Of a stretch of DNA of 64,000 nucleotides, positions 24,995-37,602 are shown piece after piece. Each line of letters starts with the position of its first letter. Within the stretch, counting starts at the first letter, position 1. Position numbers and translations under genes: made by a program. Location of the stretch: NCBI GenBank assembly GCA_043228905.1, contig JBHGNT010000017.1, positions 5,580,001 to 5,644,000 of the forward strand, read 5' to 3'. The notes below the pieces were generated by a model. That model ran no database searches, was not told where the DNA came from, and saw nothing but the letters and a program-made list of their open reading frames with translations. Source of the DNA: Azolla caroliniana (Eukaryota; Plantae; Polypodiophyta).

Positions 24995-26245
24995 CGACGC
25001 TCATTAATTATGGACTCCCTTCCACAATACTCTAGCTAGGGTGTATGATGTACCTTGCCTAAAGGAGCTCATAAGGTCAAGTCCAACATTAATTATGTTT
25101 TCCTATATGTAATCAAATAGTATGAGCTAATGCTAGTGAAGCACCCACATACCTAACTAGTTAGGGCATGACTCTTCACATATCTCGATTCCCAATTCCC
25201 ATGTCACAAAGAACACACTCAACTCACATGTTTCCCAAGTACTATGTTCAATCTATTGCATATAGCTATGTTCCTCCGTCCTATCTGCAATAATGCAAAC
25301 TCACAATGTTAAGTTCGAATAGACATTCTTTGTTTAATGCAACTCGCAATGGTAGGTTTGAATAGACGTTCTTTGTTTTTGGAGTGTGGGATACCCTGAA
25401 TCCTTGCTATTGCGGCTGAATAATCGGGAATTGGCGCCTATATAACAAAGGGCGTGGGATGCGCAACTTTATATAAAAGAGCCCTTAACCATTACAATCC
25501 CGGTCGGTCGACTAGGCATATTATACGAACTTTTTGGCGACAATGGGGCGACGTGGAATCATAATGTAATGATTGGGGTGCTAGTTTTCTCGTGGCGACA
25601 CTTGGGCTCAAGTACGTACCGGGCGACTCTTACTCACACATCACCACTTTTTTATGAGATTGAGTTACACACACTTCCTCCATTTTCACTTTCTCTAATC
25701 AAAGCATAGTCCTTAGGTGGCACACACAAACACAGGTATATGTATATATATATATATACACCTAATTGGCAAAGGATCATGATATGAATCATTTGTGTTC
25801 TCATCATCATATGAACAAACTTATGCTCTTTTAATGATGCCTAAGTTTTTAGAGCTCCTTGCTATAAGTAGGACTACCTCTACTTCTACCTCCACCTCCA
25901 TCTCTATCTCTACCTCTACTTCTACCCCTACCTCTACTACTACTACTTAATTCCTATGATTAAGATTTCATAGCTAATCATCATATAATGATTAAGGACT
26001 CAGCTGTATAATTGCTTTATATATAAGAGGCTTATTACTACTACTTTTAGCCTATAATAACTTACTCACTCATTATTTCTCTATACACTTACCTTGTTGC
26101 CCATCTCCTCTGCCTCTCTCTCTCTCTCTACAGATTTATGCTTATTATGGCAATCCAGTCATACCTACATTAATTTACCCTTACACTCTCATATTAATAT
26201 GGTTACATTAATCATAAGGACTTAAAAACCTTAAAAGACAAAATC

Positions 26246-29200
26246 ATGGCATCAAGGGTACACAGGACATTCAAATGTCCCTCTGCAATCTTAACCAGCA
26301 ATAATCTCTCCAATCATAGTAATTACAATTGCAAGATAATTGCAATGCTCCTTATACTAATAAGTAATGCAGCAACCAAGGATAATGACTATGATGATGG
26401 TGGTGGATATGGTGGGAATGTGTCCATGATTCAACTGGTCCATGGTGGGCGGATTAGTGATGCAATAATGACAGAGCAACAATCATGGGCACAAGATGAT
26501 GGTGGTGATGCAGAGAAGAAGGCTCTACTGGCATTCAAATGGAGCTTGAAGGGTCTGTCATCTGAGATAGCCTTGAGGAATTGGGTTGAAGTAGTACCAG
26601 TGATGGATAATGCTCACAACAGGAGTAATACTACCACTAATCCTCCTCCTGTTTATTGTGAATGGGATGGAATCTTATGCCAAGGCTCAAATGTGGTTTC
26701 TCTGCAGCTCCAAGGAATGGGATTAATGGGCCCAATCTCTCCACATTTAGCTAACCTCACCCACCTCAGAGTCTTGAATCTCAGCTCTAATAGTCTCATG
26801 GGACCGATCCCTCCATCCATCTTCACCAATTTGATCCACCTTGAGTCCCTGGACCTTAGTCAAAACATGTTATCTGGCCTTCTTTCCATAGAATCTTCTG
26901 AAAATCTCAGCCATCTCCAGCACCTCAATTTGGCCTCCAATTCCCTGTCTGGCCCACTCCCCCCCCAAATTGGCTCCTTGCCAAACCTCCAAACCTTGGA
27001 CTTGAACACCAATGGCTTCAACGGACCCATCCCTTCCCGAATCGGAAACCTCGGAGCCCTAACTTACCTCGACTTGAGCTTCAATGGCTTCACTAGCCTC
27101 CCGCCCGAGCTCGGAAGCTTAGGTCCGAATCTTGTCTCGCTCGACTTGAGCAATAACGTGATCCGTTCGCCATTCCATCCCGGCCTCGGCAACCTAACGA
27201 GACTGCAATACATGGACCTAAGCAACAATTCCATAAGTGGGCCTCTACCCAATGAGATCGGAAACATGGTTAGCTTGGTCGACCTAATCCTCAGCCTTAA
27301 CAAGATCTCAGGTCCATTGCCACCAGAATTAGGGTTCTTAACCTCCTTGGTGAGCTTGACCCTCACAAACAACTACATTGAAGGCCCCTTCCCACATGAG
27401 ATTGGGAACCTCCACAACCTAGAGAAGCTAGACCTAACCATGAATAGCATCACGGGGTCATTACCCGAGGCGATAGGTCGCCTCATGAGCCTACGGATCT
27501 TGTCCGTAGCGAACAACCTCTTGAATGGCTCCTTACCATCTAGCTTGGGGAACTGCACTAATCTAGAAACCCTAATCCTCTCCTTTAACTCCATCTCGGG
27601 CCCGTTACCGGACACTCTGGCCGGCCTCCATAGCTCCATCATCGCGTTCTCAGCCGAGAAGAACGAGCTGAGCGGGGTGCTGCCCGCCTGGTTGGGCAGG
27701 TGGACGCGTGTGAACAACCTCTTGCTTGGCTCCAACAGGTTCAGTGGGGGGATCATACCTGAGCTAGGCAATTGCTCTTCACTCACCTCACTCTCTCTTG
27801 AAGACAACCATCTAAGTGGGGCAATACCTTCAGAGCTATGCAATGCCATAGGTCTGGACACTCTGTCCTTACAAAACAATGGCCTCTCCGGTACCATCTC
27901 CGGAACCTTCCGGAGATGCTGGAACCTCACCGAGATACATTTGGATAACAACCACTTGGAAGGAGCCATCCCGGCTTCGTTGGTAAGCCTCCCATTGCTC
28001 GTCTCCATCGAGCTCGCCTTCAATAGCTTCTCGGGTCCGATCCCCGAGGAGCTATGGATGAATCCCGCGAACGTGCTGCTCGGCTTCGAGGCGAGCAACA
28101 ATCGCCTCTCGGGCCGCATCTCGCCCCTCATCGGGAGCCTCACTTCCCTGCAGCACTTAGGTTTAAGTGGCAACCAGCTCCAAGGTGCCATCCCAAAGGA
28201 GATAGGGAAGCTTGTGAACCTCCAAGGCTTGTTTCTTGGTGGGAACTGGCTCGGTGGCTCCATACCCCCCGAGCTTTTCGGGTGTACCGAGCTTACGACT
28301 CTCGATCTTGGCTCTAATCTCCACCTCTCTGGGTCTATACCCCATGAAATCGGCAAACTCGTGAACCTCGAATGCTTGGTCCTCTCCCACAACAACTTCT
28401 CCGGCCCCATCCCGCCCGAGATTTGCTTCGGGTTCCAGCAAACCTCGATCCCGACCTCGAGCTACTTGCAACACCATGGCTATTTCGATCTCTCCTGGAA
28501 CTCCCTCTCGGGGAGCATACCGCTTTCCATCGGGAATTGCATCGTATTGGTGGAGTTGTATTTGAATGAAAACAGCCTCTCAGGCGGGATACCATCCCAA
28601 CTCTCCTACTTAACCAACTTAACCGCCATCGATTTGTCCAGTAACTTCCTTACCGGACAAGTGCCGGACCAGCTCGGAGACTTGCACAAGCTCCAAGGAT
28701 TGAATTTGGGCTTCAATAATCTCAATGGTGAGTTACCCTCATCTTTAGGTGAGCTAAGAAGCTTAGTAACCATGAACATGACCCACAACGAGCTGAGCGG
28801 TCACCTCCCTGCCGAGCTCGGACAACTTGCTTCTCTTCAGCATCTAGATTTGAGCTCCAACAAAATCACAGGTAACATACCTTTCTCATGGTCACATATG
28901 AATGGCATCATAAGTTTATATCTTCAAGAAAATGAGATACACGGGAGCCTCGACGACTTGTTTTCTTCGGTGATTTCATTGGGCGATATGATCATGTGGC
29001 CCGAGATGGGTACTCTTAACCTTAGCCATAATGCCTTGTATGGGCCTATTCCTATAGGGATAGGTAACTTGAGTGCATTAAACTCCCTTGATTTGCATGA
29101 TAATTCTTTGGATGGACCCATCCCGGATGCGATCGGGCGTCTTTCCCAACTCATATACCTCGACTTATCGGCCAATGGCATACAAGGGCACATACCATGG

Positions 29201-30673
29201 AGTATATGTGGTCTCTCCGAGCTCGAGTTTCTCAACATATCTAGCAACCAATTGAGTGGTGAATTGCCTTCTCACATTGGTGTTTGCAAGAACTTCAGTG
29301 CTTGGTCTTTCAGAGAGAATGAAGGATTATGTGGTGATGTGATCGAAGTCGGGTGCCATTTCGGCATGCTTAACAATAACAATAGCAATAATCACTACCG
29401 ATTCTCTACCACATCCCTACTAAGCAAAGGTGCCATGGTGGGCATAACCCTAGGCAGTGCCATTGCAATTGCATGCTTCATGTTTGTGCTGCTCCGATGG
29501 AGATTAGCCCTAAACAAGGGCCTGGCAGATCGGACGAACGCATCATCGCTAGAACACCACGATCAATTCGCGGACGAGAAGAAGAAGATCTTGAGCATCG
29601 AGCATTGCTCCAACATCTCGTCCCTCTCGAGCAAAACGCAGCGGGAGCCATTGAGCATCAACGTGGCGATGTTCGAGAGGCCACTCCTCCGCCTAACCCT
29701 AGCCGACATCCTCCGGATCACGGACAACTTCTCCAAATCCAACGTGATCGGAGATGGTGGGTTCGGCACCGTGTACAAGGCGATGCTATGCGGGGATACC
29801 GAACAACAACACCACCGGAAGGTCGCGATCAAGAAGCTTCGGCCCGCGGGCTTGCAAGGCCCCCGCGAGTTCCTAGCTGAAATGGAGACACTCGGAAAGG
29901 TGAAGCATCAAAACTTGGTCCCGCTCTTGGGGTATTGCACGTTCGGCGACGAGAAGATCCTCATCTACGATTATATGGTCAATGGGAGCTTGGACATGTG
30001 GCTCCGCAACGGCACCGATGCCCTACGGGCCCTCGATTGGGGCAAGAGGTTCAAGATCGCGTTAGGCTCGGCACGGGGCCTCGCGTTCCTCCACCATGGT
30101 TTCATCCCACACATAATCCATCGGGACATGAAGGCGAGCAACATATTGCTCGACGCGGAGTTCGAGCCAAAGGTGGCCGACTTCGGGCTGGCGAGGCTCA
30201 TCAGTGCGTGCGAGACCCACGTGACGACCGACATCGCGGGGACATTGGGGTACATACCACCCGAGTATGGCCAGAGCTGGAGATCGACCACGAGAGGCGA
30301 CGTGTATAGCTATGGGGTCATACTCTTCGAGCTCCTCACAGGACGCGAACCGACTGGCCCCGACTTCAAGGAGGCCGAGGCCGGCAATTTGGTCGGGTGG
30401 GTGAGGCAAATGATGAAGAACGGGTGCGTGGCTGACATCTTTGACCCCGTGCTCGCCTTCTCCTCCTCGGATGACTTGGACGAGAACAACACAAACTCGA
30501 GAGTGATGATGCTACAAGTCCTTAGGGTCGCAACCCTGTGTACTTCGGACGACTCGTTCCGGCGTCCCACCATGTTGCAAGTTGTCAAGTATCTCAAGGA
30601 GATCGACCAACGGTTCGATAGTAGCATTTGTCGACAAAAACTTGGAACGGATCACGTCGCAAGTGTGGTTTGA
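26246..30673 (+). CDS. EMS1: LRR receptor-like kinase, EMS1/EXS (LRR-X) type, intronless
   Basis: 1475-aa ORF: LRRNT cap (CEWDGILC), ~35 LRRs with the EMS1-type island FQQTSIPTSSYLQHHGYFDLSWN, TM helix, juxtamembrane REPLSINVAMFERPLLRLTL, intact kinase (GDGGFGTVY, VAIK, HRDMK, DFG, GYIPPEYGQSWRSTTRGDVYS). The true start codon may be downstream. Confidence 0.93.
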   Translation: MASRVHRTFKCPSAILTSNNLSNHSNYNCKIIAMLLILISNAATKDNDYDDGGGYGGNVSMIQLVHGGRISDAIMTEQQSWAQDDGGDAEKKALLAFKWSLKGLSSEIALRNWVEVVPVMDNAHNRSNTTTNPPPVYCEWDGILCQGSNVVSLQLQGMGLMGPISPHLANLTHLRVLNLSSNSLMGPIPPSIFTNLIHLESLDLSQNMLSGLLSIESSENLSHLQHLNLASNSLSGPLPPQIGSLPNLQTLDLNTNGFNGPIPSRIGNLGALTYLDLSFNGFTSLPPELGSLGPNLVSLDLSNNVIRSPFHPGLGNLTRLQYMDLSNNSISGPLPNEIGNMVSLVDLILSLNKISGPLPPELGFLTSLVSLTLTNNYIEGPFPHEIGNLHNLEKLDLTMNSITGSLPEAIGRLMSLRILSVANNLLNGSLPSSLGNCTNLETLILSFNSISGPLPDTLAGLHSSIIAFSAEKNELSGVLPAWLGRWTRVNNLLLGSNRFSGGIIPELGNCSSLTSLSLEDNHLSGAIPSELCNAIGLDTLSLQNNGLSGTISGTFRRCWNLTEIHLDNNHLEGAIPASLVSLPLLVSIELAFNSFSGPIPEELWMNPANVLLGFEASNNRLSGRISPLIGSLTSLQHLGLSGNQLQGAIPKEIGKLVNLQGLFLGGNWLGGSIPPELFGCTELTTLDLGSNLHLSGSIPHEIGKLVNLECLVLSHNNFSGPIPPEICFGFQQTSIPTSSYLQHHGYFDLSWNSLSGSIPLSIGNCIVLVELYLNENSLSGGIPSQLSYLTNLTAIDLSSNFLTGQVPDQLGDLHKLQGLNLGFNNLNGELPSSLGELRSLVTMNMTHNELSGHLPAELGQLASLQHLDLSSNKITGNIPFSWSHMNGIISLYLQENEIHGSLDDLFSSVISLGDMIMWPEMGTLNLSHNALYGPIPIGIGNLSALNSLDLHDNSLDGPIPDAIGRLSQLIYLDLSANGIQGHIPWSICGLSELEFLNISSNQLSGELPSHIGVCKNFSAWSFRENEGLCGDVIEVGCHFGMLNNNNSNNHYRFSTTSLLSKGAMVGITLGSAIAIACFMFVLLRWRLALNKGLADRTNASSLEHHDQFADEKKKILSIEHCSNISSLSSKTQREPLSINVAMFERPLLRLTLADILRITDNFSKSNVIGDGGFGTVYKAMLCGDTEQQHHRKVAIKKLRPAGLQGPREFLAEMETLGKVKHQNLVPLLGYCTFGDEKILIYDYMVNGSLDMWLRNGTDALRALDWGKRFKIALGSARGLAFLHHGFIPHIIHRDMKASNILLDAEFEPKVADFGLARLISACETHVTTDIAGTLGYIPPEYGQSWRSTTRGDVYSYGVILFELLTGREPTGPDFKEAEAGNLVGWVRQMMKNGCVADIFDPVLAFSSSDDLDENNTNSRVMMLQVLRVATLCTSDDSFRRPTMLQVVKYLKEIDQRFDSSICRQKLGTDHVASVV

Positions 30674-30941
30674 GTAATGATTTACATGCATTACATTGTT
30701 TTGTTGATCCCCGGAAGTTTATCATAAACTACGATTCGCCCTCTCCTCCTCCGCAATTTCTTTTTTGCTGAGGTATTCAATGTATATTGCTTTCACCATC
30801 ATCATCATCATTATGTACAATGAGAAAGCCTTGTTATAGGATTTAATCAATCACCATGAACTTAGTGCAATTCCAATGAGTTGTATACATTCCCCTTCTT
30901 CTTGTAAATGAAATGGTATCTTTGGCATGTCATCAATGTTT

Positions 30942-31200
30942 CGACACAAATGAGCGTAAAATTTCATATGTTCCTTGACACAAATAAGAGTAAACCTTCA
31001 TATGTTTTTTAACACAAATAATAAGGTTTTAAGCGTAAACTCTCGTATGTTTCTTGACACAAATAAGAGTAAACCTTCATATGTTTTTTAACACAAATAA
31101 GAAGGTTTTAAGCGTAAACTCTCGTATGTTTCTTGACACAAATATGCGTAAACCTTCATATGTTATTTAACACAAATAAGAGTAAAACCTTCATATGTTT
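30942..31200. repeat. AT-rich minisatellite downstream of EMS1
   Basis: About 7 copies of ACACAAATA..(A/C)GTAAAC.TT.ATATGTT, organised as a ~78-bp higher-order unit. Confidence 0.9.
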
Positions 31201-31835
31201 TTTTATGGATGCTTATTGTAGTGGATATGTAGTTCAATTCTTGAGGTTGTTAGATAGAGACTAGAAGGCATGTATTCAACCACTAAAGCAATACATTTCA
31301 CAAGATTCAAACTTGGTTCTTTTTCTTTTTCAAAACAAAATATCCTTCCATTAGTTTTAAAAAAGGCATATCAGCTACAACCTACAAAATAGATGGAAAG
31401 GAAGCGACTATCCTTCCCAAGCCCGTCTTGTGTAAGACAATGGTTAGCCATGGATACTTCGTTTAACTGAGATCCATCTCAAAATCTAATCTCATTTCAG
31501 TATGTACTACCAATTCTCCCATGTTGCCACTTGTTTTCAACATACCAAAAAATGTCATCATATTAGGTAAGAGACCTTGCACAAGTAGTTGAGGATAGAG
31601 TTGTGTAGCATCCTCATTCTTATCATGCTCATTATAGATTCAAACTTAGTTAGCCATTCGATGTTTGAATTTGAGTGCATGGGTTAGGCATATACTAGTG
31701 AGGTTCAAACTTAGTAGGCAAGGTTATTCAATATTTGAACTTGGGGTGCACGGATTAGTGCAGACCTTGCCTTACTACTAGGATACATGGAAACTTAATC
31801 GATACATCTAAGTGTCATTGGTGAGAGCAAGTAGT

Positions 31836-32040
31836 AATTCATCACTTCCTATACTGATACATTTGGATGGTGCTATTTTCTTTTATCACTCCTTATATTT
31901 GAAGCATGATAACTTATTAGTTTGTTTCATAAAACAAATTCATCACTTCCTATACTCATACATTTGGATGGTGCTATTTTCTTTTGTCACTCCTTATATT
32001 TGGAGCATGATAACTTATTAGTTTGTTTCATAAAACAAAT
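31836..32040. repeat. Tandem duplication, ~100-bp unit x2
   Basis: AATTCATCACTTCCTATACT...TTAGTTTGTTTCATAAAACAAATTC twice. Confidence 0.9.
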
Positions 32041-33315
32041 TCCAAACCAGCCCTCCAAGTTGTCTTTTTATGGCTTTTGAGTAGATTTTTTAACAAATTT
32101 AACCTTTAGCGCACCAACTCTATGAAACTAGAGTTGTGTAGTGCAACTATGGTTGATGTGTACTTAAAGACTCTCATGATCTGAATTCATCTCTACTTGC
32201 TATTTCCTTGAGGTACTGGCTAAATTGTAAGCTATATTTACCGTTGGATATTTGGTGTACTACATACATAAACAAAACCTTATGGACAATAACGTACTTT
32301 ATACTACCCAATAACAAGCAAAAACTATGCAAGTGTATTGCTTCAATATAATCAATGACTAACAAAAAACTTGTCGATTAATACACCGACAAACTTTAGT
32401 ACGAAGTTTCAACAACTTTTAGAGGAAACTCGCCATGTTAGCGAAATGTTGTAATTCTTCTTTATTCGATGAACCATTAATAGTTATCATACAATACAAA
32501 AGAGAACGATATGTTCGGATAGAAATTGGACTTTTTCGCAACAACCTAAAACTTCACATGGAGAGAGGTTTGCATGACTAGAAAGGCATTCATTCATTAG
32601 AGAATGAATGCACACATTTGTCGTAGATAACCTTAATATTTCGTAGAAAGAGAGGATTCAAATGGACTAGAAAGAGTCCGCATTAATAAGATTCTAATTT
32701 ATAGGTCTACCTATTTCTAGACTCATTAATGGATACATAAATGCATTGGAAAGAAATAAAGTAATAATAAAGTAGTGTTTGCTTGATGGTATCATTGTAC
32801 TTGGCTCTTTTATATTTGGAGAGTGTTTACCCAAGTTTTCCTTATAAATCACATTTTGTTGCTCATAACTTGTCCATGAATCATGTGACATTGTTAGTCT
32901 TAGCAACATCAATTTATAGCTTTTTGGGAATATATTATAAGTTGCGGATCTTTGGGCAGAAAGTTCTAAGCTCTTAGAATATGTATTAATGTAAGCTTAA
33001 AAATGGTAAAACGTACTTTTTTTACTCTATCATGTTCAACCAATTACACCTTAGACATCAATGCATGTGTTATTTCCATTCATTTCAAGAGCTGTTTTTT
33101 TGCAGCATTGCCCTTCATTTTTTTATGCGATTTATTTCCACTAGTTCTTAGAGTTGATTCCATTGTAATTTTCTTTGTGGCATTCTCGTAATGATTCGAA
33201 ACTTGTTTATATGAAGTCTAAAAACGGGGTTGACTCCTAAAATGGGTTTCTAATTGGAATAGTGTATCATCATTTTGACAATTTTAAGGATCATACTAAG
33301 TATTGGGATAGTATG

Positions 33316-33318
<3 letters not shown>

Positions 33319-33371
<53 letters not shown>
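33319..33371. repeat. (GA)n microsatellite
   Basis: About 26 units. Confidence 0.95.
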
Positions 33372-33373
<2 letters not shown>

Positions 33374-36300
33374 ATATGCATGAAAGTGTGTGTATGTGTG
33401 TGTAATCGAGAGAGAGATCCTATTATCGACTTTGGAGGTCAAATATGACCTATGAAATTCTAGTGGCCCTAGTTAGTAGGGTAGTATGTCAAATATTAGT
33501 GTAGGGAATCACTTCTTGTTTACACTATAGGTATGCATGTGATGGATTTGAAGTTACAGTTCGAATTACCCAGGCTTTCCTCCATCACTTCTATCTAGTT
33601 GGAAGAACTAATGATCATGTTGCCAAAACGGCCTAACAACCAATGGGAAACCCTAAATTTGGTTCTCATTGCAAAGACATGTCAGACTCATGCCTGAATT
33701 TTATGGGTGTTAGGTCAATTCCCCGCCCTTGAAAAGCACTCTAAAGAATTATGCTCATCGTTTGACATTTTAACTTTTTAAAAAAGTTTGGTTTCATTTT
33801 TTTTAAAGCCTTGTATAGAGAATACATGCTTCAAAGGCCAATTCCCAAGTTCGTCACCATGTTAAAAGGCAAAACATAAAGTTGTTTGTGACAAGAAATA
33901 GAAGTGGGTGCTCATCAAACTCGGGCAATGTGTCGGACACATTTTCAAGTTACATAAGATGAGGGGGAATAATGATTTATTTTTGGAATTGTTCAACAAG
34001 AATATACTAGAAAATGAAGGCTTAAAGCAAGGAGTGTATAGGCAAACGAGCTTTTCCAATCAAGGGGACCAATACGTACAAAAGAGTGAGATGAGTAGAT
34101 ATATTTAGATTTATAGATGGCGAGATTGAGGAGTCACAAAATGAAAGTCTTTAATGAAACTAGAAGAGTGCACTCTATAATCCATACCAATGATAGACCA
34201 TATGCACAAAGTAAGTACGGTCCATACTAAATACACACAAACGTACTCTGTGGAGAGTAATCGTTTGTGGGAGCTAGCTTGTAAGTGTAGGAAAAGTAAG
34301 TTGTATGAATGTGTGTAAACTCGCATACATAGTTACGTACAAGTGTGAAATGGGTTTGTTCTCTTATTGCGTGCAAAGTGCAAAGTTGCGTGAGATGATA
34401 ATGTTTAGCTGGAATACTATGGAATTGTTTAACTATTAAGATGATGAATAACAAGCAAAAGACATGATTGAATCATTCAACATGGAGTATATACACACAC
34501 ATGTATATATGTATAAACATTACCTTCTCCTCCTATTACTACATGGATGGATGGACGGATTGATACTAAGTGCTCCCATATGTTCATTTGTAATGAGTGA
34601 TTGATTGATTTGACCTTATTGGGCCCCTTTCATTAAATGACATTACACACACATATCCTTGCCCCAACCTCATTAAAATCATAAGGTATCAATTCAAACC
34701 CCAACTTGTTCCCTTTATATATTCATAGCTTTTTTCTTTTTGTTGTTTTTGTATGTGACATTTGTACTTATTTTGATTTCATCATTTTCCTCAGGAGTGA
34801 CTGTGATTGATGGGGACCAACCAAATTGTGTGTATGCGTGTGGGCTCGATCAATCACTACTTTATTTGCCTTGCTCTATTGGTTCCCTCATTAACTATGT
34901 TTCGCTTCACAGCGCAACAAAAACACAACCTCCCATGTTGTGGACTAATAATTATTACCCTTTGGAACTGAGCTATCGGTATTACTCATTGCCCATCAAT
35001 GCGCTTCACCCAATGGGTCTACCTACAATCATGAAAACATATCTTTTATTATTTATTGTCTTCAAGCACATTACTTGTCTTTCCCTCTTTCGATTGATTG
35101 AGAAAATCGAGACCTTGTTGCTTCTGATGGCAGATGGGTTTTTTGGGATCGAACCCCCATGCCAAGGGTTGCGCGACATGGTGCACAAAAGGTTGGGAAC
35201 ACCTATGCACAACCCTTTGCCAAAGCCAAGCTGAATTTTAACAAATATCATGCTACAGTTTTTTCCACATTTTGATGCTCCTCGATCATCATCTTGTGTG
35301 TACAACACTGAATTAGTCTTAACTATCGATGTAGTGGTACAATGCACCAAAATAGGAGTTTTGTAGGTACATGTAGATGGATGTTGAAGTTATAATGATA
35401 TTTATGAGCTAAAACCTAAATTCAGCTCTTTAGGAGGCGAAGGCCAAAGAAAATCCATTATATGTTTGAGTCAACAAGGAGATGGGTAGTTTGTTTGGGT
35501 CTCTTGAACCAACATTCAAATCAATATGTACTCTAGTTTCATGACTTATCATATTCGTGCATCAAAATTTGAACAAATACGAATTTCATTAGTGCGAGAA
35601 GTTAAGACAATGATGATTTCTCATAACTACAACAAAGGAGCGAGGGATTATAAAAAAACGGGGATAATTGTGGGATGTATGTAAATTTATAGAAATGGAT
35701 GATATACATAGTTAGATGCTAGAGTAAGGCAATGCATCAATTTAAATTGGCACATTTATTATAATGCACCAATATTTTCTAAGGACTTAGCTAGGGTGGT
35801 GTTCTCTTTATTTACTAAGGGGCGAGGGTGCTATACATAGTTATCCAATCATACAACTAAGATAACCTTTGGCTCTAACAATTTGCTTGGTTTTTAAGTA
35901 GAATTGCACTTGAGCCATAACTCATTAAATATTTGCATGCCTGCAATGTATTAGGAGGCTCTATTGTGCCCCGATTATCATATTGTGCACAAGGTTGGTG
36001 ATTGTTGCCACCGTGTTAAAGTTGTTTACAAGTTTGGATACCAATATCATGTTGATGTCACGAAGGCTACATCATTCATGTTCAGGGGCATGCAACTTGT
36101 GTGCTTTATCGTCTTGCGCTCAAGATGCCACCATATTGAAGTTGACAAATACGTATAGATACCTCCCCATGTAGGTGTCAGGAAGGCAATATCATTCATG
36201 GTGAAGGATGTGCAACTTGAGTGCATTGTGGGGATATAATGGACAAAGGGCACTTGATATCGAGATAAAAACATACTAACCATTGTGCTACTTAACTACC

Positions 36301-37602
36301 CAAAGAGATATCAGGGGAGGGAGCGGATCACTTGGGCAAATGAATTTATAACCATGGCACATGAGTAGAATATTAAGAAAGATCCGTTTCTTCTTTTCTT
36401 TTTACGCTCGATTTCACATAAAGAAGGGTCCGTTTACAAAGAGTAGTCGTAAAAAGACTTGATACAATAAAAAAGATGCATTTTATTTTATGGAAAACTT
36501 GACACTCCAATCCTGGCACGAGAGGTTGTTATTTAAGTTTGGTTTTGAGACCAAAGAATGGACAAAGACATAATAATAGCAACCAAACCCGAACCCAAAA
36601 GGCAAAAAATGTCACACAATTTGTGCTACACTTCACTACAATACTAGAGACTCTTTTGTTTATAGGGACATACAAGTTTAATTTAGCTTATTTTGTTGGT
36701 CAATCTCCAAGAACCTAGAAGCCATGGCTACTACATTTCCAAGTTTAGCTATATATACATATATGTATATGGTTGGGCCCCTATCCACAAGACTATTTTA
36801 TGCCCCTAATTATACCATAAGGTTATAAACACACAATTTATCATGTTCTTTTGGGTAAGGATTATGAAGATTAATCTACAATAATTAGGAAATAATTTGT
36901 AGCACGAGTCCCATAAATTCTGAGCTTTATTCTCTCACTATCCTCCTAATTGGAAAGTGGGCATGCCTTAATTGAGAGATTCTGAAGCTTAATTTACACA
37001 TTAGTGTCTTTGAGTTCATAGGAGCTAAATTCAGCCATGATTTTGTTTAGGGATTATTCTCTATGTTATATGATGATGAGGCTGGTTAATCGAATGCTTT
37101 AATTACCTATGCTCACTTATTTATCTTTCTTGATTATGTGCTTAATCCTAAAATTCACATGTTTTCAATTCTTAGTTCACATTTTAGAAGGGGGGCCGGA
37201 AGCAACATTAATGGAAACATGGGAGATTGTTGTCTAACAATCTACTACTCATACTTACTAGTGATGAAGAAGACAATTTAAGAAAAATTGCACAAGCATT
37301 GAACAAATTGGAATAGGAACACCCTAGGGCGAAACGTGACAAGGGATTTGAGGTAATGTTAAGACTTGGAGTATAATGTGTTACTTTGTGAGGAAACCAC
37401 CAACTCAACCACTACTCATAGATTTTGGGTCAGATTCTACTCACCCAATGTTTCCTATACTAATGGGTGACACTACTAATTGTTTGCTTGATGATTTTTC
37501 AATGACCGCATCCTAGTACCAATCATCAAAGAGACAACATAGTGTCATGAAACCCTAAACCCTAAACTTCCCCGAGATCCCTATTGCACACCCATACACA
37601 AC

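Noticed and set aside
27064-30627. Long antisense and alternative-frame ORFs over EMS1 and over the retroelements
   Set aside because: Shadow ORFs from GC-rich codon usage and LRR periodicity; no recognisable domains.
34740-36283. ORFs 34740-35234, 35006-35350 and 35964-36283
   Set aside because: No domain similarity or gene structure recognised; probably decayed repeat or random ORFs.
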